A stretch of 64,000 bases of DNA from Desulfosoma sp. (GTDB taxonomy: Bacteria > Desulfobacterota > Syntrophobacteria > Syntrophobacterales > DSM-9756). The notes below the pieces were generated by a model that was given only the letters and a program-made list of their open reading frames with translations, had not been told where the DNA came from and did no database searches. Where the stretch lies: the NCBI GenBank assembly GCA_037481835.1, contig JBBFKW010000004.1, positions 14,569-78,568 on the forward strand, read 5' to 3'. Position numbers and translations under genes: made by a program. Below, piece after piece: positions 10,271-18,996 of the stretch; the first letter of the stretch is position 1; every line of letters starts with the position of its first letter.

Positions 10271-11299
10271 TTATTGAACGACTTTAATTTCCACGCGCCG
10301 GTTCATACGACGGCCTTCTTCCGTGCTGTTGTCCGCCTTGGGCTTGGATTCACCGTACCCCACGGTCTTCATGCGGGAAGCACTGATGCCCTTGGAGACG
10401 AAGTAGTTGAACACGGACTTGGCGCGCCGTTCGGACAACTTCTGGTTGTAGGCGTCGGTCCCGAGGGCGCAGGTGTGGCCTTCGATAATGATGTGGATCT
10501 GCGGGTTCTTGGAGAGCACCGCGGCACCTTCATCGAGCACCGGCTTCCATTCGGGCTTGATGTCGGCTTTGTCGAAGTCGAAGTTGATCCCGCGCAGGAT
10601 GATCACTTCTTCCTTCTTGGCTTCCACCGCCGTGGTGTAGAAGACGTCCTTGACGAACTGCTTCAAGGCCGCTTGGTCGGCAAGGAGCGTGGCGCCTTCG
10701 GCGTGGACGCCGCAACCGCCGATGGCGCTGATTTTCTTAAGGATTTCAGCCCCCTTGGGCTCGTCTGCAAAGCTGATCACATGAAAACACACCTGCGGGT
10801 ACTTCGTCTTAATCGCCTGAGCCGCCGCGACGGGATCCGGGCCTTGATTCGCGCCGCCGTCCGAGACAATGATCACGCCCGTCTTTCCGCTCAGGCCGGC
10901 AAGGACCGTATCCAGCGAGCTGATGCCCGGGCCCATGGGGGTGAGTCGACCGAAAATGTCCTGCTCATTTTTGATCTTGGCGATGCCTTCCCCAAAAGCG
11001 CTTCTCTTGTACACGGCCGGGTCGGAGATCTTCTGCCACGGGGCGAAAAGATCCAAGGCGCCCTTGTATCCCAGCTCGGGAATTTCATCGTTCATCTTGA
11101 ACATGACTTCTTTGGCCAAAGCCATCTTGACCTTGCCCAGCTTGGTGTGGGTCATGTACATGGAGCCGGACTGGTCGGGAAAAAGAATAAAATTGTCAAT
11201 TTTGGGGATGAGCTTCGTTTGGGCCTGAACCGGTCCGCACAGGAACCAGCCCACGAGAAAAACCGCCAACAAAAGCATCCATCTTTTCTTTCCCTCCAT
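10271..11299 (-). CDS. OmpA-family protein with N-terminal vWA domain
   Basis: Signal peptide; MIDAS-like DQSGS and SDG; INFDFDK, EGHT, NQKLSERRA, NRRVEI. Confidence 0.9.
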   Translation of the reverse strand: MEGKKRWMLLLAVFLVGWFLCGPVQAQTKLIPKIDNFILFPDQSGSMYMTHTKLGKVKMALAKEVMFKMNDEIPELGYKGALDLFAPWQKISDPAVYKRSAFGEGIAKIKNEQDIFGRLTPMGPGISSLDTVLAGLSGKTGVIIVSDGGANQGPDPVAAAQAIKTKYPQVCFHVISFADEPKGAEILKKISAIGGCGVHAEGATLLADQAALKQFVKDVFYTTAVEAKKEEVIILRGINFDFDKADIKPEWKPVLDEGAAVLSKNPQIHIIIEGHTCALGTDAYNQKLSERRAKSVFNYFVSKGISASRMKTVGYGESKPKADNSTEEGRRMNRRVEIKVVQ

Positions 11300-11533
11300 A
11301 AAACGCTCCTTTCTTTTCCAGTGTGAAACCGTTCAGGGGTGTGGGTGAAAAAAATGCGTCGGCCGATATATCCAGGTCGCTTGACACACCACCCGCCTTC
11401 TCAAAAAGGCGATGCGGCACCATGACCTTTCACCCATGGTTGCGAAAATGATCCCGTGCACAGCGCCTATTTCTCATGAAAGCCTTTGTCAGGTTAGGGG
11501 CGATCGTGAAAATTTTCTGCTCTCAGTCTTTGT

Positions 11534-11562
11534 AGGGTAAACAACGAAAGGCATGGAGTCAA
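11534..11562 (-). promoter_or_regulatory. Putative sigma70 promoter of the OmpA gene
   Basis: TTGACT-N17-TACCCT. Confidence 0.5.
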
Positions 11563-11607
11563 GCCGCAACTCGCATGGTTACAGCCTATTAGGCCCTTTG
11601 CCCCCGT

Positions 11608-13623
11608 TTATGCAAGAAACTTTTTCACGCCTTCCTCCACCGCAAGGCTTAAAAACCACTCCCGGTGCCGGAAAAGAAGGCCCTTGGCGACCATATCGTC
11701 CAGAAAACCGCGCAAGCCCTCCAGCGAAAAGCGCTCATGTTCCTTTTCCAGGACGTCCAAAGGTTTCGGATCGAGACAGCTCAGATAAACCTCACGGGAA
11801 GCCTTGGAGAGCCGATACGTTGTCTGGACACGCCCATGCCGGTCCCGGCGACGAATAAGGAGAAAAGTGCCGCCGTCGAGATATCCCAGTTTCGGCTTTC
11901 CCCCACCCGTGCTTCGGCGAAAGGCCGCGTCCTCCCGTTGCCATTCCCTCAAAAGATCCCATACGGGTCGCCACAAACGGCGCTGCCGAAGACGATCGCA
12001 TCGATATCCCTTGACCATAAAGCGTGCTTGTCTGAAGATTTCTTCCGGAAAAAGCAGCGCGTAATGGGGGTGGTTGCCGATACCCTTCAGGCCGTATTTC
12101 TCAGGCTCGAAGGCCATGGGACTCCCTTCCCCAAGCCAGAACCGCACACCCTTCAAGGGACGATAGACATTGACGGCCCGAAGGACATCCAGTGTTTCGT
12201 GCACGTCTTGGGGTGTGCTGCCGGGGAATTCCAAAATGAGATTGGAACGGTTCTCGATGCCGAATTCTTCACAGTGTCTCATCCAGGCCACATTGTGGAT
12301 GACGTGAGTCCCCTTGCCCATGCGCCGGAGCAGCCCGTCACTCAAGGCCTCGATGCCCGCCTGGATCTCGCGGAACCCCGCCAGGCGAAGACCGCGCACC
12401 TCTTGTCGAGAAAGCGGCAAACGCACTTCACCAAAGAGGTGAAAATCTTTCCCAGACCTTTGAATCGCTTGGGTCGTTTCGGCAACCTTCGCCGGGTTCA
12501 AGGCATTATCCACGAAGACGAAGCGAAGGCTCTTGTGCTCATCGGCCAGCGCCGCCAGCTCCTTGGCAATTCGATGCGGCGCCTTGGATCGGTAGCCGCG
12601 CCACTGTAAATTGAGGTTACAGAACCTGCAGGCTCTCTTGTGCGGCTGTTCTTCCCGCGCCGTGTGCCACCAGCAGCCTCGACTGGATTCCACTGGAATC
12701 GTGTAAATCGGCGTGCGCGCGTCCCCGACGTCTTGGGCCTGTCGGAAAAAGTCGCTGTAGTCCGGAACGGGCAGCTCGCCCAGGTTCGTCACCTGGCTCC
12801 ATCCCCCGCCGTCCACGCGGCTGTCTTGTCGTCGAAAAAAGATGCCCGGACCCCACCGCTGCACACCTTCCGAAGAAGCCCCTGGCAGAGGCTTTTCTGA
12901 AGCGCTCGGGCCCGCCGGCCCATTCTCGTCGGCCGGATTCTCTAGAACGCACCGTTCGTGTCTGTGGGCGGCTTGAAAAGGAGCCCGGTCCTCCGGCGCT
13001 GGATGGATCTGCGGTCCCCCTTGAAGGAAAAACAGGCGGGATACCAGGTTCGCCAGAGGTTTTTCGCCTTCACCGCTGACGACGAAATCGATCCACGGAA
13101 AGGTTTCCATAAGGGATTTTCCCAGGACACTGCTGACCAAGCTTCCCCCAAGAACGATCGGCACGTCGGGAAGGCGCTCTTTTAAAGCGCAAGCCAAAAA
13201 AAGAGAGGAGGTGAGCTGGGCGAAACAAACGGAAAACCCCACGAGGTGCGCCTTTTCCAGATCGCGCCATAACGGCATGCTTTCGTGAAAGTCTTTAATT
13301 TTTCGGCAGATCTCTTCGAATGCGGGAAGAGCTCCCCCTTTGGCGCGCGGCCAGTGTTTGGAAAAAAGCCGAGCACATGCTTCAATGCGTTCCGGATACA
13401 GGAGAGCGGCGTAGACGGCTTCGCCGAGCCAACTGCGTTCGGCAAGGCGCCGGTAAAGCGAGCGGCCCAAAACCCTTTCCACATCGATGTAAGGGTGGGC
13501 CGCCGCCGTGTGGACGGCGCCGCCGAACACACGCTTCATATAGGCTTTGAGAGAACCCAGCTGGATGGAAGGGCGATCGGCCAGGGCCCACGGCATGGAC
13601 ACCAGGATCAATCGCACGGGCAT
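11608..13623 (-). CDS. B12-binding radical SAM protein, RiPP-maturation C-methyltransferase-like (TIGR03975/PoyC-like)
   Basis: LVSMPWA..RPSIQLG.LK N-terminus, B12-domain GFS..FAQ and SGEGE, ESSRGCWW...CRFCNLN, QAGIEALS. Confidence 0.8.
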   Translation of the reverse strand: MPVRLILVSMPWALADRPSIQLGSLKAYMKRVFGGAVHTAAAHPYIDVERVLGRSLYRRLAERSWLGEAVYAALLYPERIEACARLFSKHWPRAKGGALPAFEEICRKIKDFHESMPLWRDLEKAHLVGFSVCFAQLTSSLFLACALKERLPDVPIVLGGSLVSSVLGKSLMETFPWIDFVVSGEGEKPLANLVSRLFFLQGGPQIHPAPEDRAPFQAAHRHERCVLENPADENGPAGPSASEKPLPGASSEGVQRWGPGIFFRRQDSRVDGGGWSQVTNLGELPVPDYSDFFRQAQDVGDARTPIYTIPVESSRGCWWHTAREEQPHKRACRFCNLNLQWRGYRSKAPHRIAKELAALADEHKSLRFVFVDNALNPAKVAETTQAIQRSGKDFHLFGEVRLPLSRQEVRGLRLAGFREIQAGIEALSDGLLRRMGKGTHVIHNVAWMRHCEEFGIENRSNLILEFPGSTPQDVHETLDVLRAVNVYRPLKGVRFWLGEGSPMAFEPEKYGLKGIGNHPHYALLFPEEIFRQARFMVKGYRCDRLRQRRLWRPVWDLLREWQREDAAFRRSTGGGKPKLGYLDGGTFLLIRRRDRHGRVQTTYRLSKASREVYLSCLDPKPLDVLEKEHERFSLEGLRGFLDDMVAKGLLFRHREWFLSLAVEEGVKKFLA

Positions 13624-14028
13624 CTAAAACAGCCTTTTCACCCAAATCAGGCTCAAGGGGGAGCTCATGTCGTATTTGCAAAATCGAGCGATTTCGTTAG
13701 GATCGGCCGCTTGCTTCAAGTCCAGCAACCGGTCAAAATCCCTTTCCACCACCACATTGCAAAAGTCCATGGGCACAGACCGGATGAGGTCCAGCTCATC
13801 GTCTTCCCACAGTTCTTCCGCGATGTCGGACATGCCGTTTTCCAGGGCGTGGTGGACGCACACTTTGAAACACGCCCCGCACTGGCACCGATGAATGGCA
13901 TCGAAATCCATAGGGATGGGTTGCCCTACCTCGCAAAAAGGACACACGATGATGTGTTTGGGAACCGGTCTCTTGGAACGGGCCATGCTCATCGTGGCAT
14001 CGATCCCCCATATCGTAGGCTTTTTCAT
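13624..14028 (-). CDS. Cys-rich hypothetical protein (zinc-ribbon-like)
   Basis: CPFC and CQCGAC; abuts the rSAM start and overlaps the upstream stop (ATGA). Confidence 0.7.
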   Translation of the reverse strand: MKKPTIWGIDATMSMARSKRPVPKHIIVCPFCEVGQPIPMDFDAIHRCQCGACFKVCVHHALENGMSDIAEELWEDDELDLIRSVPMDFCNVVVERDFDRLLDLKQAADPNEIARFCKYDMSSPLSLIWVKRLF

Positions 14029-14207
14029 TCGTCCTCGTCCAAAATCATGTCCGCTTCATTGCCGCAAATGGTGCACTTGCGGGTTTCCTTCTTCTTTTTG
14101 GAAACCACGCCAGGTTGCTCTTCCACGTCAATCCACGTGCATGTCACCACCATATCCGCTTCGTTTCCGCAGTTTTCACAATGACAGACTTGACGCAGCA
14201 TACTCAT
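14025..14207 (-). CDS. 60-aa protein with duplicated CxxCGNEADM motif
   Basis: CENCGNEADMVV and CTICGNEADMIL; strong AGGAAAGGAG RBS; own promoter. Confidence 0.8.
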   Translation of the reverse strand: MSMLRQVCHCENCGNEADMVVTCTWIDVEEQPGVVSKKKKETRKCTICGNEADMILDEDE

Positions 14208-14254
14208 CGGGATCTCCTTTCCTCACAAGGTCTCCGTTCCTTCGTTTTTGAAGG

Positions 14255-14283
14255 ATTATAAGGTCATGTCGCTTGAAATCCAA
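14255..14283 (-). promoter_or_regulatory. Putative sigma70 promoter of the small-protein/rSAM operon
   Basis: TTGGAT-N17-TATAAT. Confidence 0.6.
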
Positions 14284-14342
14284 CCCGAAGTTTGCCATAA
14301 AGCATTTCCTTGACGGCACGGGGCCGCCCAACACCGTCGGTC

Positions 14343-15044
14343 ATGGCCGAACCCTTCCTCCACAAGGCGTCTTTGCCCATGAAAAGCCCGCACCCGCCTT
14401 CGGAAGACCGCCGAAGAAGGGCCGAAGAAATCCTGAAAAGGCTTGACACCCTGTATCCCGATGCGCGGTGCAGCCTGAACTACCAAAACCCCTTTCAGCT
14501 CCTCGTGGCCACGGTCCTTTCCGCGCAATGTACCGATGAAAGGGTGAACAAGGTCACCCCCACGTTTTTTAGGCAATTTCCCACACCACAGGCGGTCGCC
14601 CAGGCACCCGTCGAGGACATTGAAAAACTCATTCACGCCGCAGGGCTCTACCGGAACAAAGCTCGAAACATCCAGAAAGCCTGTCAGATTCTCGTGGACC
14701 GACACGGCGGAAGCGTCCCGGTTACTCTGGAAGACCTTGTACAGCTTCCCGGCGTCGGCCGGAAGAGCGCCGCCGTGATCCTCGGCAATGCCTTCGGCGT
14801 GCCGGCTTTGCCCGTGGACACCCACGTGGCCCGGGTTTCGCGCCGGCTGGGCCTGGCCGACGGGACCGATCCCCTGCACATAGAACGGGATCTGTGCGCT
14901 CTCTTTCCCAGGCAATCCTGGGTCCGCCTCTCTCATCAGCTCATCCAACACGGCCGGCGGGTGTGCCGGGCTCGGCAGCCCCTGTGTGGCGATTGCGCTT
15001 TGCAAAGTCTGTGCGATTTCTTTCAGGCCGCTCCGCCATCCTAA
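14343..15044 (+). CDS. nth: Endonuclease III
   Basis: LSAQCTDERVN, HhH LPGVGRKSA, VDTHV, C-x6-C-x2-C-x5-C cluster; start uncertain. Confidence 0.93.
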   Translation: MAEPFLHKASLPMKSPHPPSEDRRRRAEEILKRLDTLYPDARCSLNYQNPFQLLVATVLSAQCTDERVNKVTPTFFRQFPTPQAVAQAPVEDIEKLIHAAGLYRNKARNIQKACQILVDRHGGSVPVTLEDLVQLPGVGRKSAAVILGNAFGVPALPVDTHVARVSRRLGLADGTDPLHIERDLCALFPRQSWVRLSHQLIQHGRRVCRARQPLCGDCALQSLCDFFQAAPPS

Positions 15045-15260
15045 CTGCCATGGCGTTTCCTCGGATCCAGTGACGAAGGAAAGGCCCCCTGGCACAGCCC
15101 TCATCAGGACCCGTACCCCACGGCTCAGTGGGTCGTGCCATTTCTCGTCAGGATCCGACAGTCCGGCGACAAACAGGCCGCCCAGGCCCTCCAAGGTCCT
15201 GAAAACCTACGGGCGATCCTTTATGCTCCTTGACATCGATCTTCCTCGAAATTCGGCCGC

Positions 15261-16247
15261 TCAGAGAAGACGCGCCGCCCAAATTCCTTTTCCCACGTTT
15301 TTCACCGGGATCCAACCTCCTTCGTCACCCTGCCTCCAATGGACTTCCACTCTTTCGCCCAGTGCCACGTCGCTGTAGGCCGTTACGATCATCGCCGCCA
15401 TGTGGACGTGGGCCCGTTTCTTGACCTGCCCGAAAAGGATCCCCGTCGGGCCGGGGTGAGACGGCACCCTGAGGAGCACGTCGGCCGGCCTGGCCATGGC
15501 CGAAAGGCGCTCGTTTTCGCCCTTGGACCGCCCGACGGCCAAAAGGCACGATCCGCCGAGGCGGAAATGTCGGCCCCATTTCAGCCATTCCACATCGCCG
15601 GGTTCGGCGTCGGGAAACATGGCCAAGAGCTCCTTCACCTTCCGAGCAAAGCCTTCCTTGGTGAGCATGCAGCCGCCGCCCGGCTGCGGAATATCCCGCA
15701 CGCCGTAGCGGGCCACCAATTCCATTTGCCTTTTTCGGCCTCGGCCGTGCAGGTCCAGAAGCTTTTCCCGGTCCACGATGCCTTCCAGCTCCACGACGGT
15801 GGGTTCGAGGAGCTTGGCGCTGAGAGGCCGGAGAATGCGGCCGGAAAGGCCGGATATTTTTTCCACGATCTTCATGGCCGCCCGCCTCTGGCTCATGGGC
15901 CTCTGGCCAACCACTTCCCCGGTAAAAAGGAAATCGGCCCCTTCGGCGGCCAGAATCCGGGCCGCTTCTCGAAGCATCAATCCATGGCAGTCGATGCACG
16001 GGTTCATGTGGCGCCCGTACCCGTGAGGGGGGTTCTTGAGCATTTCAAGGAACACGTGACCGATATCCACGGCTCGGGTAGGAATACCCGCGATACGGCC
16101 GGCTTTCAGCCCGGGTTCGGGTCCGAAGAAAGGAGTGAAGAAGGTGATGCCGATGAGATCCAGGGGTTGTTCCTGAAGGACCTTGACCGCCAGGATGCTG
16201 TCCAGGCCTCCGGATAGCAGGCCGATTCCTTTGCCTCGCACTCTCAT
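15261..16247 (-). CDS. PP-loop tRNA sulfurtransferase-like protein (ThiI/MnmA-like with DUF814-type C-terminus)
   Basis: SGGLDS, NPCIDC, TGEVVGQRPMSQ, PGGGCMLT, GRHFRL. Confidence 0.8.
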   Translation of the reverse strand: MRVRGKGIGLLSGGLDSILAVKVLQEQPLDLIGITFFTPFFGPEPGLKAGRIAGIPTRAVDIGHVFLEMLKNPPHGYGRHMNPCIDCHGLMLREAARILAAEGADFLFTGEVVGQRPMSQRRAAMKIVEKISGLSGRILRPLSAKLLEPTVVELEGIVDREKLLDLHGRGRKRQMELVARYGVRDIPQPGGGCMLTKEGFARKVKELLAMFPDAEPGDVEWLKWGRHFRLGGSCLLAVGRSKGENERLSAMARPADVLLRVPSHPGPTGILFGQVKKRAHVHMAAMIVTAYSDVALGERVEVHWRQGDEGGWIPVKNVGKGIWAARLL

Positions 16248-16289
16248 TGATGTCTCTTCGGCTCTTCGATGTCGTCCGGGGATTAGGAA

Positions 16290-17120
16290 TCAGTCTGTAG
16301 GATACGGCGCCGGATCCACGAAGATTTGTGAGAAACCGAGCTGTTTCATGTGGGAAAGCAACCTCGCGTGCACCGCGGCGTCCTTCACGATCGGGATGTC
16401 CGCCGATCCCAGCTGGATCTTGGCGCTTCCCGAAATCCACCGCACACGAACGTGACGGCACCCGGTTTCGTGCAGAAAGTCTTCGGCGGCTTCTATCCGT
16501 TTCAATAGGTCCATGTCCAGGGGAGTGCCGTGGGGAATGCGGGTGGCCAGGCAGGACTGAGACGGCTTGTTCCAGTTGGGAAGGCCGACAGCCCGGGCCG
16601 TCCGGCGGATATCTTCTTTGGCCCAGCCCGCCAGAGCCAACGGACTGAGCACCCCTTTTTCTCCTAGAGCCTTCCGGCCCGGCCGATCTTTTTCCGCATC
16701 GCCGGCATGGGATCCGTCCACCACCCCCCAGCCTTCATCGACTTTTTGCAGGACGGTCTCCATGAGCACGGCTTTGCAACGATAGCAGCGATCGGGGCCA
16801 TTTTCCCGAACAGCGGCCTCGGCAAGAAGATTCACAGAGAGCACCTCCAGAGGCAACTGCAACGCCGCCGCCACGCACAGCGCCGCCGCCTCTTCCCGTG
16901 CCGCAAGAAAGGGGCTCTTGACCAAAACGGCCTTCACCCGCTTTTTGAACACCCGAGCCAAGAGGTAGGCTAAAAGTGTGCTGTCCACTCCGCCGGAATA
17001 GGCGATGGCGGCGGCTTCAAAGGCTGCCGTCACGGCTTCCAGCCGCCGTGTTTTTTCCGACCCGACGGCCGCCCTCACACGATCGATACCGTCAGACGAA
17101 CTCTTCACAATGACTGCCAA
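16290..17120 (-). CDS. larE: ATP-dependent sulfur transferase, LarE family
   Basis: AYSGGVDS, RCYRCK, DRPGRKA, KPSQSCLATRIP. Confidence 0.85.
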   Translation of the reverse strand: MAVIVKSSSDGIDRVRAAVGSEKTRRLEAVTAAFEAAAIAYSGGVDSTLLAYLLARVFKKRVKAVLVKSPFLAAREEAAALCVAAALQLPLEVLSVNLLAEAAVRENGPDRCYRCKAVLMETVLQKVDEGWGVVDGSHAGDAEKDRPGRKALGEKGVLSPLALAGWAKEDIRRTARAVGLPNWNKPSQSCLATRIPHGTPLDMDLLKRIEAAEDFLHETGCRHVRVRWISGSAKIQLGSADIPIVKDAAVHARLLSHMKQLGFSQIFVDPAPYPTD

Positions 17121-17122
17121 CC

Positions 17123-18286
17123 CTAAGACGGCCTTGCGGGATTGGGCAGGAGCTTCTGGGGCACGCCCAGTTCAAACCGGCCTTCTTCGATCCATTGTTT
17201 CAAAATACCGGCGATTTCCCGAGCCCGCACGACGCTGGACAGGGGAACGGTGGGGACTTCTTTTTCTCCGATCCGGATGTGTCCCGAGCGCAGCTCCTCA
17301 TAGGTCACTTCCGCAAGGGGCTCCGCTTGGGTGAAGCTGTAGTCCTTGACCTGGGTGACAATTTCTGCATCGGAAACCCCCGTGTAGGCGGCCATGTCTG
17401 CATCCAGGATGGGAATGGGAACTCCGATCCCCACGGCAAGGGAACACCCGTAGCCTTGGATACTCACGCCCATAAGCCACCGGGGGCTCATCTCTTTGAG
17501 ATCACCGAGAACCATGAGGGTCCCCGAGGGCATGCGGGGAACCCCGTTGGGCAACCGGGGCACGTCGGGCCGATGCTGGGACCCGTGCCACACGATGTAG
17601 CCTTCGGCACCGCCCAAGAAGATTCGGGTGCCCAGCCCCACGGTTCGATAGTGGGGATCGTTCAAGAGCGGGCTCAGTTCCCCGGACGTGGAGTAATTGG
17701 CGTTTCCCAGGCGCGGTTTCAACGTGCCCATGTACGTGTAAATGGTTTTTTTGGAAAGATTCACGGCACAATTGTAGTTTTGGTACGCGTTCCTCGGATT
17801 GCACAGAACCGCGTAGGGGAGATCCTGCAGGGTCACGGTCATTTCCACGTGGCGGTTCGGGTAGCAGTCGGTGCCGTAGGCTTCAGCCCGAAGCCTCACG
17901 GGTTTTCCGCTCACCAAGTCGTGGATCACATGGCCGCCGCCGTATTCAAAGGTACCCGGATGGACCTTGTTCAAGGGATCGTCGAAAGCGGGTTCCGTCG
18001 CCCCCAAATAAACATCCACGGCGGCCAAGCCGGCGTACGCGGGCACATCGTTGAGCCACACTCTGGCGGCCTTGATGGGCGGCTGGGTATGTCCGAAATT
18101 GATGAAAACCCCCGAGGAGCACATGGGCGCGAAGGTGCCCGTGGTCACCACATCCACTTCCTTGGCCGCTTTTTCCGGGCCCACTTTCTTGACCAGCCGG
18201 GTCATCTCTTCCGCCGTGAGGACTACGGCCTGTCCCCTTCGAATCCGTTCGTTGATCTCTTCGTATGTCTTGGAAACCGATGCCAT
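17123..18286 (-). CDS. DUF39/COG1900 homocysteine biosynthesis protein (aspartate-semialdehyde sulfurtransferase)
   Basis: EINERI..G.AVVLTAEE, VDVVTTGTFAPMCSSG, YGGGHVI, GTDCYP, RNAYQNY; no CBS pair. Confidence 0.85.
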   Translation of the reverse strand: MASVSKTYEEINERIRRGQAVVLTAEEMTRLVKKVGPEKAAKEVDVVTTGTFAPMCSSGVFINFGHTQPPIKAARVWLNDVPAYAGLAAVDVYLGATEPAFDDPLNKVHPGTFEYGGGHVIHDLVSGKPVRLRAEAYGTDCYPNRHVEMTVTLQDLPYAVLCNPRNAYQNYNCAVNLSKKTIYTYMGTLKPRLGNANYSTSGELSPLLNDPHYRTVGLGTRIFLGGAEGYIVWHGSQHRPDVPRLPNGVPRMPSGTLMVLGDLKEMSPRWLMGVSIQGYGCSLAVGIGVPIPILDADMAAYTGVSDAEIVTQVKDYSFTQAEPLAEVTYEELRSGHIRIGEKEVPTVPLSSVVRAREIAGILKQWIEEGRFELGVPQKLLPNPARPS

Positions 18287-18366
18287 GAGCCCTCCACCCC
18301 CTAAGAATCCCATTGTCCGACCCGGGATGCCTCCCGAGCGGGTTCGCAACCTATATTGTCCGCCGC

Positions 18367-18819
18367 TTACTGCCGAAAAAACACGTAGGGTTCCAAAGCC
18401 CGCCTCAGTTCTTCGGGAAGGTGGCAGGAACGCCACGTTCTGTCAATAGCCACCATGGATGCGTGCCCTCGCCCAACCACGTCCGGGCAGCCTTCAATAA
18501 AAAAATAGAAGGCGAACGTGACGGAACGCCGGCTGATTTTGAAAACCCCAACACGGAGCCGCAGGGAATCGCCGTATTTGGCGGGCCGAAAGAAATCGCA
18601 CGCCGCCCCCACGATGGGTAGACCAAAGCCTTGCTCCACATTGCGAAAATACTTCTCGGGCGGGCAGCCCGCATGGCGCATCAATTCTTCAATGCCGTGG
18701 TGGCAATAGCGAAAATACGATGCGAAGTAGACGACACCGTACGGATCCGTATCCCCGAAGCGGATCGTGATGGGAATTTCCATGCAATTCTGCGGGGCGT
18801 TTTCGGGAAGCTCTACCAT
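18367..18819 (-). CDS. Acyl-CoA thioesterase (4-HBT/YbgC hotdog family)
   Basis: IRFGDTDPYGVVYFASY, FFRPAKYGD; AAGGAG RBS. Confidence 0.88.
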   Translation of the reverse strand: MVELPENAPQNCMEIPITIRFGDTDPYGVVYFASYFRYCHHGIEELMRHAGCPPEKYFRNVEQGFGLPIVGAACDFFRPAKYGDSLRLRVGVFKISRRSVTFAFYFFIEGCPDVVGRGHASMVAIDRTWRSCHLPEELRRALEPYVFFRQ

Positions 18820-18907
18820 GGCCGACTCCTTTCTCCCGGCGTTGACGACGCTTGTAGAATAACATCCCCCTGCTGAAGCCACCCACTTTTTTTATCCACG
18901 TTCCCTC

Positions 18908-18936
18908 TTGGCAAAAAATCGACGGTGCACTAGGAT
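18908..18936 (+). promoter_or_regulatory. Putative sigma70 promoter
   Basis: TTGGCA-N17-TAGGAT. Confidence 0.4.
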
Positions 18937-18996
18937 GCATTGTCAATGGACGGTGGAAAACCTACACGGTCGATCTCTTCCAGGTTCAAACTTCGT

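Noticed and set aside
15045..15260. Gap between the convergent nth and tRNA-thiolase genes
   Set aside because: No convincing ORF, repeat or RNA motif
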